From Macrostomum hystrix (lineage: Eukaryota > Animalia > Platyhelminthes), in assembly GCA_950097015.1 (NCBI GenBank), contig CATNEN010000007.1, positions 6,448,001 through 6,512,000 on the forward strand: a DNA stretch of 64,000 bases, read 5' to 3'. Below, in pieces: positions 12,101-25,210 of this stretch. How positions within the stretch are numbered: the first letter of the stretch is position 1; every line of letters starts with the position of its first letter. The notes under the pieces were generated by a model, which was given only the letters and a program-made list of their open reading frames with translations, was not told where the DNA came from and searched no databases. Both the position numbers and the translations under genes were made by a program.

Positions 12101-15100
12101 CTCCGGCCCGCGGGCCAGATGCGGCCCTCGAAGCTCCCAAATCCGGCCCGTTGCCCCTTCTGACATCTACAGTGTCCTGTTTCATCTCTCTCGTGTCTAA
12201 TCTCTCCCGTGTCTAATCTCTTCCCTATCTTATCTCTCCCGTGTCTCATCTCTCCCGTCTCATCTCTCCCGTGTCTCATCTCTCCTGTCTCATCTCTCCC
12301 GTGTCTCATCGCTCTCGTATCTAATCTCTCCCGTGTCTAATCTCTCCCGTGTCTAATCTCTTCCCTATCTTATCTCTCCCGTGTCTAATCACTTCCCTAT
12401 CTTATCTCTCCCGTGTCTCATCTCTCTCGTGTCTCATCTCTCCCGTGTCTAATCTCTCCCGTGTCTCATCTCTCTCGTGTCTCATCTCTCCCGTGTCTAA
12501 TCTCTCCCGTGTCTAATCTCTCCCGTGTCTAATCTCTCCCGTGTCTCATCTCTCCCGTGTCTCATCTCTCCCGTGTCTCATCTCTCCCGTGTCTCATCTC
12601 TCCCGTGTCTCATCTCTCCCGGATCTAATCTCTCCCGTGTCTAATCTCTTCCCTGTCTCATCTCTCCCGTGTCTCATCTCTCCCCTATCTCATATTTATA
12701 CAGTCAATGCGGCCCGCTGTCGTCTTTTAGGCTCTTTCTTTGGCCCGCCAGCAAATAAGTTTGCCTACCCCTGCTGTAAACCAAACTAGCCGCTTACGCA
12801 TGACTAGTAGCCGCTCCATAGTGTACTGGAAGGTGTTGTCTGTAACGAACACCCGACTACTGCCCAGGTAGTTGCGGCAGGCGTTTGGCTTGAAGGCCTG
12901 ACAGAAGCCCGGCGGAGCTGGCGGCTGCACTGGCTTCGGCTGCCGGCCTGGCCAACCGCCTCCGCCATCTCCTCCGCCTCCGCCGTCCCCGCCGCGTCCG
13001 CCGCGTCCGTTGTCAATCGTTGACGACTTGGGCAGAACCACTAGCACGCCTGTTGTGTTCCTAGTGCCTGCGGCATTGGTGCCTGAGCAGGTGTACTGCC
13101 CGGCATCCGATGGCTCCGTGCGCTCTATGGTCAGCCTGTCGGATTGGCGATCAAAATCTATTGTGATTGGTGGAGACTAGGGAAGACTGGGAAGACTGGG
13201 GAAGACTGGAAAGACTGGGGAATACTGGGAAGACTGGGGAAGACTGGGAAGACTGAGGGAGAATGGGAGAGACTGGGAAGACTAGGAAGACTGGGAAGAC
13301 TGTGAAGACTAGGAAGACTGGGAAGACTGGGGAGAATGGGAAGACTGGGAAGACTGGGGAGAATGGGAAGACTGGGAAGACTGAGGGAGAATGGGAGAGA
13401 CTGTGAAGACTAGGAAGACTGGGAAGACTGGGGAAGACTGGGGAAGACTGGGACGACTGGGACGACTGGGAAGACTGGGAAGACTGGGGAAGACTGGGGA
13501 AGACTGGGACGACTGGGACGACTGGGAAGACTGGGGAAAAATGGGAGAGACTGGGACGACTGGGACGACTGGGGAAAAATGGGAGAGACTGTGAAGACTA
13601 GGAAGACTGGGAAGACTGGGGAAGACTGGGGAGACTGGGAAGACTGGATTCTTATAATGAAGAATCCAATTAAATATTTTCCCCTGCTCATAATCCTAGG
13701 CCTAAACGGCAGCCATCTCGATATCCCCAATCGCTTTCCCTGAACCCTAAACCCTAAACCCTAAAGACTCATCTGTGACCTCGCAGATGGTGCCTATAAG
13801 CTTGTGCTAAGTCCACTGCAGTCAGCAATCTAGACTATACGAGGAGAATAACTTTCCCTCCGAGTTAAGTGCTCACACTGCGCCAAAGTTTGTTGCCTCG
13901 GTTCTCAAACGCGGTTCGGTCTTATCGATGACCCGGCCGTCCTTCATCCAGGTGTACTCAGGAATGGGCAGTCCGGCGATGTCGCACAGGAAGACTGTCT
14001 TCTTGCCAGCCTGAACACTTTGATTCTCCAGCTGCCAGAAGATGCTGATCTTTGGCTTCTGCTCGCGACTGTTCTCAGGTGTCTTGCGGATGCTCTCGGG
14101 CCTGGAGATCGAGGATTAGCCCGATTATCTTTGAGTCACTGTCAGGATTATCATTGAGTCACTGTCAGGATTATCATTGAGTCACTGATGGGATTATCAT
14201 TGAGTCACTGACAGGATTATCATTGAGTCACTGATGGGATTATCATTGAGTCACTGATGGGATTATCCTTGAGTCACTGACAGGATTATCCTTGAGTCAC
14301 TGACAGGATTATCATTGAGTCACTGATGGGATTATCATTGAGTCACTGATGGGATTATCATTGAGTCACTGTCAGGATTATCATTGAGTCACTGTCAGGA
14401 TTATCATTGAGTCACTGTCAGGATTATCATTGAGTCACTGTCAGGATTATCATTGAGTCACTGTCAGGATTATCATTGAGTCACTGATGGGATTATCATT
14501 GAGTCACTGATGGGATTATCATTGAGTCACTGTCAGGATTATCATTGAGTCACTGTCAGGATTATCATTGAGTCACTGTCAGGATTATCATTGAGTCACT
14601 GTCAGGATTATCATTGAGTCACTGTCAGGATTATCATTGAGTCACTGTCAGGATTATCCTTGAGTCACTGTCAGGATTATCATTGAGTCACTGTCAGGAT
14701 TATCATTGAGTCACTGACAGGATTATCATTGAGTCACTGTCAGAATTATCATTGAGTCACTGTCAGGATTATCCTTGAGTCACTGTCAGGATTATCATTG
14801 AGTCACTGTCAGGATTATCATTGAGTCACTGACAGGATTATCATTGAGTTACTGTCAGGATTATCATTGAGTCACTGACAGGATTATCATTGAGTTACTG
14901 TCAGGATTATCATTGAGTTACTGTCAGGATTATCATTGAGTCACTGTCAGGATTATCATTGAGTCACTGACAGGATTATCATTGAGTCACTGTCAGGATT
15001 ATCATTGAGTCACTGACAGGATTATCATTGAGTCACTGACAGGATTATCCTTGAGTCACTGACAGGATTATCATTGAGTCACTGTCAGGATTATCATTGA

Positions 15101-16796
15101 GTCACTGATGGGGTTATCATTGAGTCACTGATGGGATTATCATTGAGTCACTGTCAGGATTATCCTTGAGTCACTGTCAGGATTATCATTGAGTCACTGA
15201 TGGGATTATCATTGAGTCACTGATGGGATTATCATTGAGTCACTGTCAGGATTATCATTGAGTCACTGTCAGGATTATCATTGAGTCACTGTCAGGATTA
15301 TCATTGAGTTACTGTCAGGATTATCATTGAGTCACTGTCAGGATTATCATTGAGTCACTGTCAGGATTATCATTGAGTCACTGTCAGGATTATCATTGAG
15401 TCACTGTCAGGATTATCATTGAGTCACTGTCAGGATTATCATTGAGTCACTGTCAGGATTATCATTGAGTCACTGTCAGGATTATCATTGAGTCACTGTC
15501 AGGATTATCATTGAGTCACTGTCAGGATTATCATTGAGTCACTGATGGGATTATCATTGAGTCACTGTCAGGATTATCATTGAGTCACTGATGGGATTAT
15601 CATTGAGTCACTGACAGGATTATCATTGAGTCACTGTCAGGATTATCCTTGAGTCACTGTCAGGATTATCATTGAGTCACTGTCAGGATTATCATTGAGT
15701 CACTGACAGGATTATCATTGAGTCACTGTCAGGATTATCATTGAGTCACTGACAGGATTATCATTGAGTTACTGTCAGGATTATCATTGAGTTACTGTCA
15801 GGATTATCATTGAGTCACTGTCAGGATTATCATTGAGTCACTGTCAGGATTATCATTGAGTCACTGTCAGGATTATCATTGAGTCACTGTCAGGATTATC
15901 ATTGAGTCACTGTCAGGATTATCATTGAGTCACTGTCAGGATTATCATTGAGTCACTGTCAGGATTATCATTGAGTCACTGTCAGGATTATCCTTGAGTC
16001 ACTGATGGGATTATCATTGAGTCACTGTCAGGATTATCATTGAGTCACTGTCAGGATTATCCTTGAGTCACTGTCAGGATTATCATTGAGTCACTGATGG
16101 GATTATCATTGAGTCACTGTCAGGATTATCATTGAGTCACTGTCAGGATTATCATTGAGTCACTGTCAGGATTATCATTGAGTCACTGTCAGGATTATCA
16201 TTGAGTCACTGTCAGGATTATCATTGAGTCACTGTCAGGATTATCATTGAGTCACTGATGGGATTATCATTGAGTCACTGTCAGGATTATCATTGAGTCA
16301 CTGACAGGATAATCATTGAGTCACTGTCAGGATTATCCTTGAGTCACTGTCAGGATTATCATTGAGTGACTGTCAGGATTATCATTGAGTCACTGACAGG
16401 ATTATCCTTGAGTCACTGACAGGATTATCATTGAGTCACTGACAGGATTATCCTTGAGTCACTGATGGGATTATCATTGAGTCACTGACAGGATTATCAT
16501 TGAGTTACTCATGGAACTGCCTCAAAGTGTTAGTCCGGTTTTTTAGAATCAATTTGAAACTAGCTGTCCCAATGGTTAGGCAATGTCTGGTTGCTGGGAT
16601 TATCATCTGATATTGGGATCCGATTTTTACTTGCTTTAAAAGAGCTAATGGACAGGCATGTCCGAATTCATCAAACTCACACTTCCGGAATGACACCGTA
16701 AGTTGGCGGCATGCCATCCTGAGCTCGAGCTGGATGGTTTGTTACAAGCAGCAGCAGCAGCAGCAGCAGCAGCGGCGGCAGCGGTCCAGACAACAT
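7968..16796 (-). CDS. Ror: ROR-family receptor tyrosine kinase (Ig, Frizzled-CRD, Kringle, TM, kinase)
   Basis: Exons: 16796-16681 (signal peptide MLSGPLPPLLLLLLLLLV), 14101-13877 (Ig: FLCDIAGLPIPEYTWMKDG), 13135-12798 (DAGQYTC; CRD start), 12029-11769 (CRD: AICHYNFPLC), 11511-11113 (LPDCDSLP; Kringle NWCR..PWCF), 10959-10554 (TM), 9195-7968 (kinase GESAFGKVY, HKDVAARN, DLG, YSCDYYR, LPIRW). All splice phases are consistent. Confidence 0.93.
9807..9870. repeat. 24-bp tandem repeat (atttatttacagtgttatttactc)
   Basis: About 2.6 copies. Confidence 0.8.
10170..10440 (+). pseudogene. Degenerate Merlin/ISXO2 (IS1595-family)-like DDE transposase fragment in ROR intron 6
   Basis: Frameshifted translation gives HAVVNHRLHFVGPKDPTVHTNTIE / EGYWAHV / TSDALFESHLDE / AFGNFLRKLA. 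This matches the remembered VNHS-FVDP-HTNTIE-xxW and G(T)SxxLxxYLxE motifs. Confidence 0.65.
11543..11757. repeat. 15-bp minisatellite (aacatcccatatccc) in ROR intron 4
   Basis: About 14 near-perfect copies between donor 11768 and acceptor 11512. Confidence 0.95.
12087..12773. mobile_element. hAT (Charlie-like) MITE with internal minisatellite
   Basis: TIRs CAGGGGTCGGCAAACT and AGTTTGCCTACCCCTG; perfect 8-bp TSD CTGTAAAC (12079-12086 and 12774-12781); subterminal GGCCCG repeats; internal ctcatctctcccgtgt-type array at ~12180-12690. Confidence 0.9.
13172..13648. repeat. (gactgggaa)n-type 9-10-bp minisatellite in ROR intron 2
   Basis: Seen directly. Confidence 0.95.
14123..16508. repeat. 23-bp minisatellite (gagtcactgtcaggattatcatt), ~100 copies, ROR intron 1
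   Basis: Period 23; most units contain TGAGTCA. Confidence 0.97.
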
Positions 16797-17559
16797 GGCG
16801 CCTGTGAGTGCAATCGATAAAAGTACAAATTGGCTTGCGGCTCCGCCGGCTCTCCCACTTTTACCAGACCCAAAGACCCCCCAGGCGAGGCCGTTTTTAC
16901 CTCGGTGGTGGGATCCCACAGGAGGCTGACAAAAATTCGCCTCATCCGCATCTCCCCATCCCGGAATCGAGGCTGCAGCTTCTTAAGAAAGTGCTCACCA
17001 TGTGAGCGAGCTGAGCCACTTGCCGTTCTGGCCCCCTTAACCTGCCTGATTGACAGGCGTCACGGGCCTGTCATACTCCGCATTGCTCCGACTGCTTCAA
17101 ACTTCCTTCTCGCGTCACTTCATTGCCTCTTTTGTCTCTGGGGGAGTGTGGGACGGCAGTTCTCACTTTCCCCTCCCACTCGCCCTTGCCACCAACTGCT
17201 CCGTGCCTAACATCGGCGCGTCGCTGAGTCTATTACTGTGTGGTGTCTGGGAGGACAGGTGGGGACGGTTTCAAATGAGGCGAAACGGCACCAGGGCAAG
17301 TCCGCCTGACAGCGCAGAGAATTGAGAGACTTTGACTGACAGCTGCCTCTCTTTGCCCCTCTCCCTCCGCCTCCGCTGTCTGTCTCCAGCCACCTCCAAT
17401 TACGCGACAGAGCTTTGTAATCGGTGCAGCTTTTTCTCTGGGGTAGGAGAAGAGTGAGAGTGAGGGCGGAGGTGAGGGACGCGGCGGGCCTTGTCGACGC
17501 CAACCGTTTAGTTTCGTGTCAGCACAGCCAGTCGACCACCTGGAACTGCCCGCACACTG

Positions 17560-17680
17560 CTCAAATCCGTCTCAGGTCCGCCCCGGCGCCTCCGGCCCCC
17601 CGCATCGGCTGGAGGTCCCCCATTTTAAATTTCTCTTCTGGGCCAGAGTGGGGCGCGGGGCGGGGAGGGGGCGGGGCAGC
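17560..17680 (-). promoter_or_regulatory. GC-box cluster, candidate proximal ROR promoter
   Basis: GGGGCGCGGGGCGGGGAGGGGGCGGGGC about 0.85 kb upstream of the ROR ATG. Confidence 0.35.
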
Positions 17681-18699
17681 CAGGTTTTTTTGAAGAGGCT
17701 GAAATGGCTTTTCAAAAATTGTACGACATTTAGGAACAGTGCGGAGTAGTGCAGTGAGTTTGGGAACCTTGCAAGTTGAAGTGTGGCAGAGTTTCGCGAT
17801 GGAAAGTGTCCCGTTAGGCCGCAATGCGCCCAACCTGTCAGAAAGACTGGCACATGTCAGGCGCCACAGCCTCTAATCGTGAATTAGTCATGGTGCTCTC
17901 TGCTGCTTTCTCGCAAACCAGGGCAGGTGTGCGTCCATCGGCTTGTTGCGGGCTTAAAATAAATTAAGGCTGCTTCAACGATAATTTGCAGATAGCTAGG
18001 GCTACAGCCAGTTCTGGTTAAAACGTCCAGTTTGCAGTGCAGAAATACCTATCCTTATTCTTTATTAACTGCCGCCTATGACAGGCCCTAATAATCCCGC
18101 TCCTAAACCTTCGGATTGCCCAAACAGAATAACACTGGCAAATCTTTTGCGTGACTCATTCACTCCATTCACTCGTTTACCAATTTGGGAAATAAACAGT
18201 GCATGCAGGGCAGCCAAGGCATCAAGTGTTTGAGAGAGAGACTGGGAAAATGGCTCTAGCGGCGGAGGGGAAAGACAAGCAGTTGCTGCTGCAGCGACCT
18301 GAAGCGGCTGTCCTGTCTTTCCTTCCGCGATCCCCGCCGGAAAAGTGCCGGTTCCCGCTTGCCGGATCCCGGCAAGATAATGGCCAAACCAAAAACTGAC
18401 CGGCATATCGTCTTTCCGCCTAATCTCTCTCTCCCTACTCCTTGTGTTTTCTCTTCGTGTTCTCAAATTTCCTGAATGATTCTCGGGTTGGTCATCTGGG
18501 TCAAAGCTATGTACTTACTCATTCGTATTTTTTCTTTATAGCATTATTATTCTTCTGTACATAGAAAAACCGCACTGCCATTGATTGCTGATTAAACAAA
18601 TTGACGTGCCGATTTTAGGGTTCACGATTTTGAACTCCCATCAGCTAGATCTGATTTAGAACTCTTGCGCTGCCACCTGCACTCCCAAAGGATGCAGAA

Positions 18700-19195
18700 C
18701 CTTCCCAGTCTCCCCTTCATCTCACAGTTTCTTCCCAATCTCCCCTTCCTCTCACAGTTTCTTCCCAATCTTCCCTTCCTCTCACAGTCTCTTTTCAATC
18801 TTCCCTTCCTCTCACAGTCTCTTTTCAATCTTCCCTTCCTCTCACAGTCTCTTTTCAATCTTCCCTTCCTCTCACAGTCTCTTTTCAATCTTCCCTTCCT
18901 CTCACAGTCTCTTTTCAATCTTCCCTTCCTCTCACAGTCTCTTTTCAATCTCCCCTTCCTCTCACAGTCTTTTCTCAATCTTCCCTTCCTCTCACAGTTT
19001 CTTCCCAATCTCCCCTTCATCTCACAGTCTTTTCTCAATCTTCCCTTCCTCTCACAGTTTCTTTTCAATCTCCCCTTCCTCTCACAGTCTCTTTTCAATC
19101 TCCCCTTCCTCTCACAGTCTTTTCTCAATCTTCCCTTCCTCTCACAGTCTCTTTTCAATCTCCCCTTCCTCTCACAGTTTGTTCCCAATCTCTCC
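18700..19195. repeat. 30-bp pyrimidine-rich minisatellite (cttcccttcctctcacagtctcttttcaat)
   Basis: Seen directly. Confidence 0.95.
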
Positions 19196-20094
19196 TTTCC
19201 TCTCCCAGATTCTCTGAATCTCCTCTTAGCTCTCACAATTTTCCCTAATCTCCCCATCCCACTCTGTGCTTCTCCCAACCGTCTCCCAATGCTGAGGCGC
19301 GGGTAGTGAAGTGGACTCCCGATTTTAAGGTTCAGCTGAGGACGCTAACCGGCCAGGTCCAGGTCGTATTTTTTTACTTCGGAAAAAAAAGAAAAAAAAG
19401 GATAAAAAGCGAAGTAAAAGGAAGACTGGAAATCAAGTCGGGCCGCTGACACCGAGCTGGGATCCGGGGCGGAGGAGGCGTCGAAGGGGAATGGAGTGGG
19501 AGAGGCAGCTTAGGGAGGCCTGGGAATGCTGAGGTGAGCACACAAAGTTTGGCACGCGAACTCCTATGGGCGAAGAAGTGTGCTTAACCCCCAGCCCGCA
19601 GCCAAAGCATTGCGTGAGCAGCCAGTCAGCTCCAGTTCTACTCCAGCTGGGAGTTTCTCGCGGCTACCACAGAAAATGGGATTTTTTCGGCGAGAAAGTT
19701 AAGAATTTAGAAGAATGTCAAGTTTGCACCTGGAATTGCTGCAACTTGGTGACACCCGGGCCGTGGAGGAAGGCAAATGAGAAAGAAGCTAATGCAGCTC
19801 CCGGGATCTCAAGGCTGCTCACGCAATACCCGCTGAGTTGTTGGCGGGGTGGGCACGCGGGTCACGGTGGGTGACTAACTGCTCCTGCCAATTCCTGAGA
19901 CCAGCACTCAGACTGCTTCTAGTTAATTTGCTTGCTTGTAAACATTTAACTCTTCTGCCACTCAATTATTCAGCTCGTGTCGCAATCAATATCTATTTAT
20001 CGTTATTTGCCCACCCATTTGCGTCCCACTCCCTCTCCCATCCCCTTCTCCCCGTCTTCCTTCCCTATCCGCCTACCCCATGTTTCTCCCTGTC

Positions 20095-20418
20095 CTCTCC
20101 TCCTTCCTCTCCTTCTTCCTCTCCTCCTTCCTCTCCTCCTTCCTCTCCTTCTTCCTCTCCTCCTTCCTCTCCTCCTTCCTCTCCTCCTTCCTCTCCTCCT
20201 TCCTCTCCTCCTTCCTCTCCTCCTTCCTCTCCTCCTTCCTCTCCTCCTTCCTCTCCTCCTTCCTCTCCTCCTTCCTCTCCTCCTTCCTCTCCTCCTTCCT
20301 CTCCTCCTTCCTCTCCTCCTTCCTCTCCTCCTTCCTCTCCTCCTTCCTCTCCTCCTTCCTCTCCTCCTTCCTCTCCTCCTTCCTCTCCTCCTTCCTCTCC
20401 TCCTTCCTCTCCTCCTTC
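20095..20418. repeat. 12-bp pure polypyrimidine repeat (tcctccttcctc)n
   Basis: About 27 copies, only C/T on the plus strand. Confidence 0.97.
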
Positions 20419-23400
20419 CCTCTGCTCCTACCCTCTTAATACCAACCAACCAGCCAGATCTAAAAAACAGGTTCTACTGCTTTCCAGCAGTGCCGTGACA
20501 GATTTCGGACAAATTCAAACTAATATCCGCCAGGCCAGCCCGCCTCCCAGTCCGCGACTCACATCCGGTTGGTTGCGCAACCCAGTCTAAAGGCCTCCCC
20601 GCCAGCCTGGCCCGCAGACCAAGTGCTTCTGCTGGAGAGCACCTGCGCCAGATGGCTGAACGGGTCCTTCAAGCACTGAAGCAGTGGAAGTTAGCGGAGA
20701 CAAAAAGCTCAGTCCGCACAGCCCCACGATGGCGCCAATGCGGCAACTCACCGGAGCCGGTCTGCAGCCTCTTCGCGCTCTGCGGCTTCGTAGTTTTTTC
20801 TTCTATCTTTCCCGCGGAGTCGGGGAAAAAAGTCGAAGAAGAATCGCTGGCCTCCTTTGGCTGCTTCGGATGCCAATTGACGGCCTAGAGCTACCGCAGC
20901 GGAGATGCAGCCCTCTTAACTGACTGACTGAGGGCCTGTGTGAAGCGGGTAGGAGAGGTGAAAATCAAAGGTTACTGACCTCGCCCTTGCGGCTTAGGAG
21001 GGGAACAAAAAGAGCTGGCGAAGGCCGATGGAGGGCTTAAAACTGACGCCAAGGGAATCTTAACTAGCCCCCGGGGTTTGGCAACGCAGCGGCCGCAACA
21101 CATGTCACTGCCGTTGGAGGAGGCAAACTTTTACTGTCACTGTTTCATTTTGGCTCCTCACTGGCGGCCTAAGCATTTAGCAGCCCCCTTCACCTACCCT
21201 CAGCCTTCTCTCTGCCCCTGATTAAGGGCCCAGAGATATTTGGCCCAGATACTGCCGAACAAACTGAACCATGGGTGGCTGGCGCTCTGTGGAATCATTC
21301 AGCACCACTCTCTCTCTTTGGGTGCCCCTTTGTCTCGCACATCGGCCAGAACTTGGTCAAAGTGAAGTAGACCAGGTCAAAGTCAATCATTTGAGGATGC
21401 GGGAGCGCATTTATCCCATTTCGCACTGCAGTTGGCAAGAAAATTGCTGCTGACTTAAAAGCAGCTTAGGGAGCCCGCAACTACTCAGCATTGCAATGAA
21501 GAGATCTGAGCAGTTCTTGCATCCAATGGGGCTTGCGTTTTGCTATCATTCTGCTTGCCCCCTTTCAACCACTTCGTCCACTGAGTAGTCGCCGCCGGAG
21601 CCGCCGCCGCCGGAGCCGCCGCCGCCGGAGCCGCCACAGCCGCCGTCGAGACTGGCGGAGCGGCCCTCCACAAGAGGGCGGAGGGGCAGGCGGCGGCTAC
21701 TCAGGCAAAGCTGGGGAAGGGGGGAAGAAAGTAAAAAAAATATTGGGAGAACACGAGCCCTCCCGGCCGGTCTCCCTATAATCTCTTTCTTTCTTCCCGC
21801 GCCACTCCGACTCCCAGTGAAGTCCCTTTTCCCCGTCTCGCATTTCCCTGTCTCATCATATTCATCCCCAACAACCAGATCCCCTTAGTGACTTAATTTA
21901 TCCCATAGGTAGCTGGGGATGCAAAAGCCTCGACCGCCGGCGCTCGAGTCAGTCTCAGTAGCTGAGCAGACAGACGGGTCTGGCGAGAACAGCTTTGCTC
22001 AATCCAATTCTCCACCCAGCCCTGTCCCAGCCAGTGAGGAGGGGGGAGTTGAGCACTCTGGTGCCGGGCTGGAGCCGTGCACCTGTCAATCAACGCTGCT
22101 CAAGCCGTCGCCGGCACCGCCGCGTCCCCTACTCATCCCCATCTCCTCGGGCCCCCTTTCCCCTGTCTCCCCGCGGGCCGGCTGAGCACCCCGCGTGAGT
22201 GGCCTGTCAGAGCAGCTCTTTGCTCCCATTTAAAGCCTGCAAATTTCCCATTTGCCCATCACCAACAACTGCTTGTTCGGCCTGTCAGCGTGACCCGAAC
22301 TACGCACACCCACCATCAGAGCCTGTTTACACCTGAACTGAAACGAAATAATGATCGATCGTGTTTGACAGATTGAACTTGTTGATTCTGTAATCCCCCA
22401 ATTGAACAATACAAAGCTCAGTGGTCTGGGATGGAAATTGCATTGGAGAGAACTCAACACATACAGGGATCGACCGCGGGCAGTGGCCAGATCAAGCAGA
22501 GCTCTCTAATGCTTTTTCACTCCGAGTTAAACCTCCACTGCCCTCCATCTCTCTCCTAACTCTCCGTCTTTCAGCAGCATTTGTTGTCTCCCCAGAAATA
22601 GCAAAACTACAAGCTGGGGGAGATCACGTCCCAGCAGAACTGCCGCTCCGTCTCCTACTCCATCTCTGTCACTCTCGTCCACCAGCGTATCCGAAATCAA
22701 TGAGTGGAAGAAATTAATGCTTCCACTGCTGCTGCTGCTGCTGCTGCTTGTGGGCGGGATGACCTGCGGTGACTGAGATCGAAACTTCCCTTCGCAACCC
22801 AAGGATTAGCGAAGAGTTGAGCTTAGCCGCTTTGGGTCGGGTTGTTGTTGGCACGGGGGCTGTATATGACAATAATAAAACTAATAATAACTATAGAGAT
22901 AATGTAACAAAAACTGCGGTCTATCAGTTGTTATAAGCGCGGGTCGATAGGCCGCTAATCATGTCCACTTGTTGCTTTCGGGTTTGTTCAATGGCCTCCA
23001 TAGCGACCTCATCAGGCTGTCTGGCTGAAAGCAGATAATTGCCATAGACTGATGGATTCCGATCGGTGAGTGTCCATCTTGCAGTGGAAGATGGGGCTTG
23101 CTTCAAGATCCACTGTTGTTAGATAGGACTTGCTTTTAATGAGCCGCGGTGCTACCTAAACACTATGGCTATGCTCAGTGCACCTCTGAGCAGTGACCTA
23201 CTCAGCCGGGGCTTGTGTAACTCAAGCAGTGTGCTCTCCCCAGTCCGAGGACTGCTCAGACTAACGAAGCTCAGCGGAGCGGGGCGGGGCGGAGGGCAAA
23301 GACAAGCTCAGATGCTTCGTTAACGCCCTCTCACCTGAGACTTGACTTCTTCACGACTTAGGTGCGTCCTCGGCTTCACAATGCTCAAGCTCGGAGGCTA

Positions 23401-23529
23401 ACTGTGACAGCCCACTTCGCTGGCTTGCGGGCTGCAGTCACCACCGCTGACACTTTGATGGCAGACTCAAACTACACACTCACAGTCTCAAATGCATCCC
23501 GCCTCATTATCCAGTATTCTCACTTTATA

Positions 23530-24170
23530 TACCTTTCATCTCCCACCGTCTATCTTTCATCATCAACATTTTATTGCCTGCCTTCCGCCCATAATTATCT
23601 ACCTAATTATCTACCTAAAATCCATTTTAATCTGCATTCTATCTACCATTATCAACCTACAATCTATTTTTGTCGACATTAAACCCATCATTATCTACCT
23701 TCCATTTATTATTAACTACCATCCATTAATGATTATCTACCTTTCATTTCCTATTATCATAATCTACCTTCAATTAACCATTATCTACTTTCCATTTATC
23801 ACTATCTACCTTCAACTTAATAGTTGTTTTTGTCTACCTTCCATCCGTCATTGTCTACCTTCCATCCGTCATTGTCTACCTTCCATCCGTCATTGTCTAC
23901 CTTCCATCCGTCATTGTCTACCTTCCATTCATCATTGTCTACCTTCCATCCGTCATTGTCTACCTTCCATCCATCATTGTCTACCTTCCATCCATCATTG
24001 TCTACCTTCCATCCGTCATTGTCTACCTTCCATCCATCATTGTCTACCTTCCATCCGTCATTGTCTACCTTCCATCCGTCATTGTCTGCCTTCCACCCGT
24101 CATTGTCTGCCTTCCATCCATCATTGTCCACCTTCCATTCGTCATTGTCTGCCTTCCATCCATTATTTTC
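23530..24170. repeat. 21-bp minisatellite (ttgtctaccttccatccgtca) with degenerate left portion
   Basis: Homogeneous 23830-24165; decayed units to the left. Confidence 0.9.
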
Positions 24171-24456
24171 CACCTTCCTAACCTTAGTCTTGATCCCATT
24201 CCAAGCCGTTAGCAAAATGGGCGCAAATTAGTAAATAGCAATTTCCTATACCTGAGAAAAGTCTTACCTATGGCCTTTTCAATGGCCAACAGAACCATTT
24301 GAAGTCACGGGCGCACTCCAGTAGCCTCTGTGGAATAGGCACACGTAGAAGTTGATTGATAGCCAATGCATCAAAGCCACATGGGAGCGGCACTTTCAGA
24401 TGGGTTTAGCGATGACAGGCGCTTAATGTGCTCATTTCGTTGGTCACAAAGACTGT

Positions 24457-24570
24457 TTCTGCTGTGGGATGGTCATAGAGACTGACTGTGTCTGTTGTGG
24501 GATGGTCATAGAGACTGACTGTGTCTGTTGTGGGATGGTCATAGAGACTGACTGTGTCTGTTGTGGGATG
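24457..24570. repeat. 33-bp tandem repeat, ~3 copies
   Basis: tgtgggatggtcatagagactgactgtgtctgt. Confidence 0.85.
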
Positions 24571-25103
24571 TTATTGAAGACTATTCTCATTGATAGCGTC
24601 TTTCGAGGCAGTTTTGCGTGTACCTGCGTCTCTCAGGGGGGGTCGTGATTGAGTCGGTGACTTGAGATTGTTGCTGCATTGCTCACTCACCATGAACACA
24701 CACACATAGTAGAGCATGCTTTTGAATTCCGACAAGACAAACCCGGATGAATTTCCTATAAAAATCTTTCAAAGCTAACCAGACTCGTTTCGTGGTACCC
24801 CATCTGGCAACACAATCGCACGCAGAATCTGTTTGATCAGTTCAGCCTCTCAGCTGAGCAGCCCCTCACACAGTTACTCGCTCCTTCATCATCAAAGACG
24901 TTTTAGCGACTATCGGAGCTTTGTATTGACTTCAAGCTGCGCGCCTGTGCCGCACCTTGTGGTCGGGGTCAGCTCGCCGTGTCTTTTCGGCCGGATTTGC
25001 TCGCCCGGGCGTGAGCACACTTTGAGTTCTGGGTCCGCGGGGAATAATTGGCAAATAAAAATGGCACAAAAAGGGAAATAATTAGCTAGTAGCTCTGCAA
25101 GAA

Positions 25104-25210
25104 TCTGTCTGCTGTCTGTCTGTCTGTCTGTCTGTCTGCCTGTCTGCCTGTCTGTCTGTCTGTCTGTCTGTCTGTCTGCTGTCTGTCTGTCTGTATGTAT
25201 GTTTGTCTGT
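25104..25210. repeat. (TCTG)n microsatellite
   Basis: Seen directly. Confidence 0.9.

Noticed and set aside
13745-13765. (CCCTAAA)3 plant-type telomeric repeat
   Set aside because: Only three copies, so too short to interpret.
14123-16508. CRISPR-like appearance of the regular arrays
   Set aside because: There are no unique spacers and no cas genes, and the context is eukaryotic.
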